This document shows, piece by piece, positions 50,682 through 50,775 of a stretch of DNA of 50,775 nucleotides. The stretch spans positions 1 to 50,775 of the forward strand of contig ADNK01000969.1 of NCBI GenBank assembly GCA_000320545.1, written 5' to 3'. The translations under genes were made by a program, and so were the position numbers. Every line of letters begins with the position of its first letter. Within the stretch, counting starts at the first letter, position 1. The stretch is from Bigelowiella natans CCMP2755 (taxonomy: Eukaryota; Protista; Cercozoa). Below the pieces are notes generated by a model, which did not search any database, had not been told where the DNA came from, and saw only the letters and a program-made list of their open reading frames with translations.

Positions 50682-50775
50682 ATAGCCAAGGTGAAGCCTT
50701 GGGTTGTGGAGATGATAATAGAGACCATGCCGTGTATTTCAAGCCGGTGTCACCGTTTACTGCACATCGTCTATC
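42066..50775 (+). CDS. PH domain + AGC-like pseudokinase + C2-like domain protein; 3' end probably beyond the window
   Basis: PH domain: YEGFLHKKSPK..HRWQLRFWVLYEDRLEYFK..PIGSIPI..RVFSLLAET..QKWVKEL. Kinase C-lobe: GSLFAHLKARGRLNE..GAEVSLALRVIH..LRPENIFLTPKGHVRLVD..EYVTPD..SDWWRLGILLYELTCGIPPF..FIKSLL..DPFFASVDF. A beta-rich C2-like region follows (FNLRVMLQAVRDL..LEFNQ..VSFQLFVH..TNIKLKEI..VKLTVEI). Confidence 0.78.

Overview
Eukaryotic nuclear DNA, not prokaryotic. Most entries in the ORF track are microsatellite artefacts; the real genes are split into many small GT-AG exons, which I spliced by hand. I find 11 protein-coding genes in perfectly alternating orientation: UFD2/UBE4 U-box ligase (+, 5' part missing), mitochondrial processing peptidase beta (-), glutathione S-transferase (+), TRM7/FTSJ1 methyltransferase (-), a Cys-rich membrane orphan (+), a small membrane orphan (-), intronless radial spoke protein 3 (+), a ~50-exon exportin-1/CRM1 (-), a signal-peptide orphan with an NLS-like cluster (+), a tandem two-domain aquaporin (-), and a PH/AGC-like pseudokinase/C2 protein (+, runs off the window). 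Every convergent spacer is packed with short palindromes (CTAG, CATG, TGCA, AGCT). Divergent spacers are 0.5-0.7 kb and carry TCCCG words. The most interesting signal is that the exportin splices in frame to a ~200-aa leader (hydrophobic segment, Ser-rich stretch, ending RYRGG). This resembles a bipartite targeting signal and suggests an exportin imported to serve an endosymbiont nucleus (nucleomorph). The overall style suggests a flagellated alga such as a chlorarachniophyte, but that is inference. All exon structures are unverified by transcripts.
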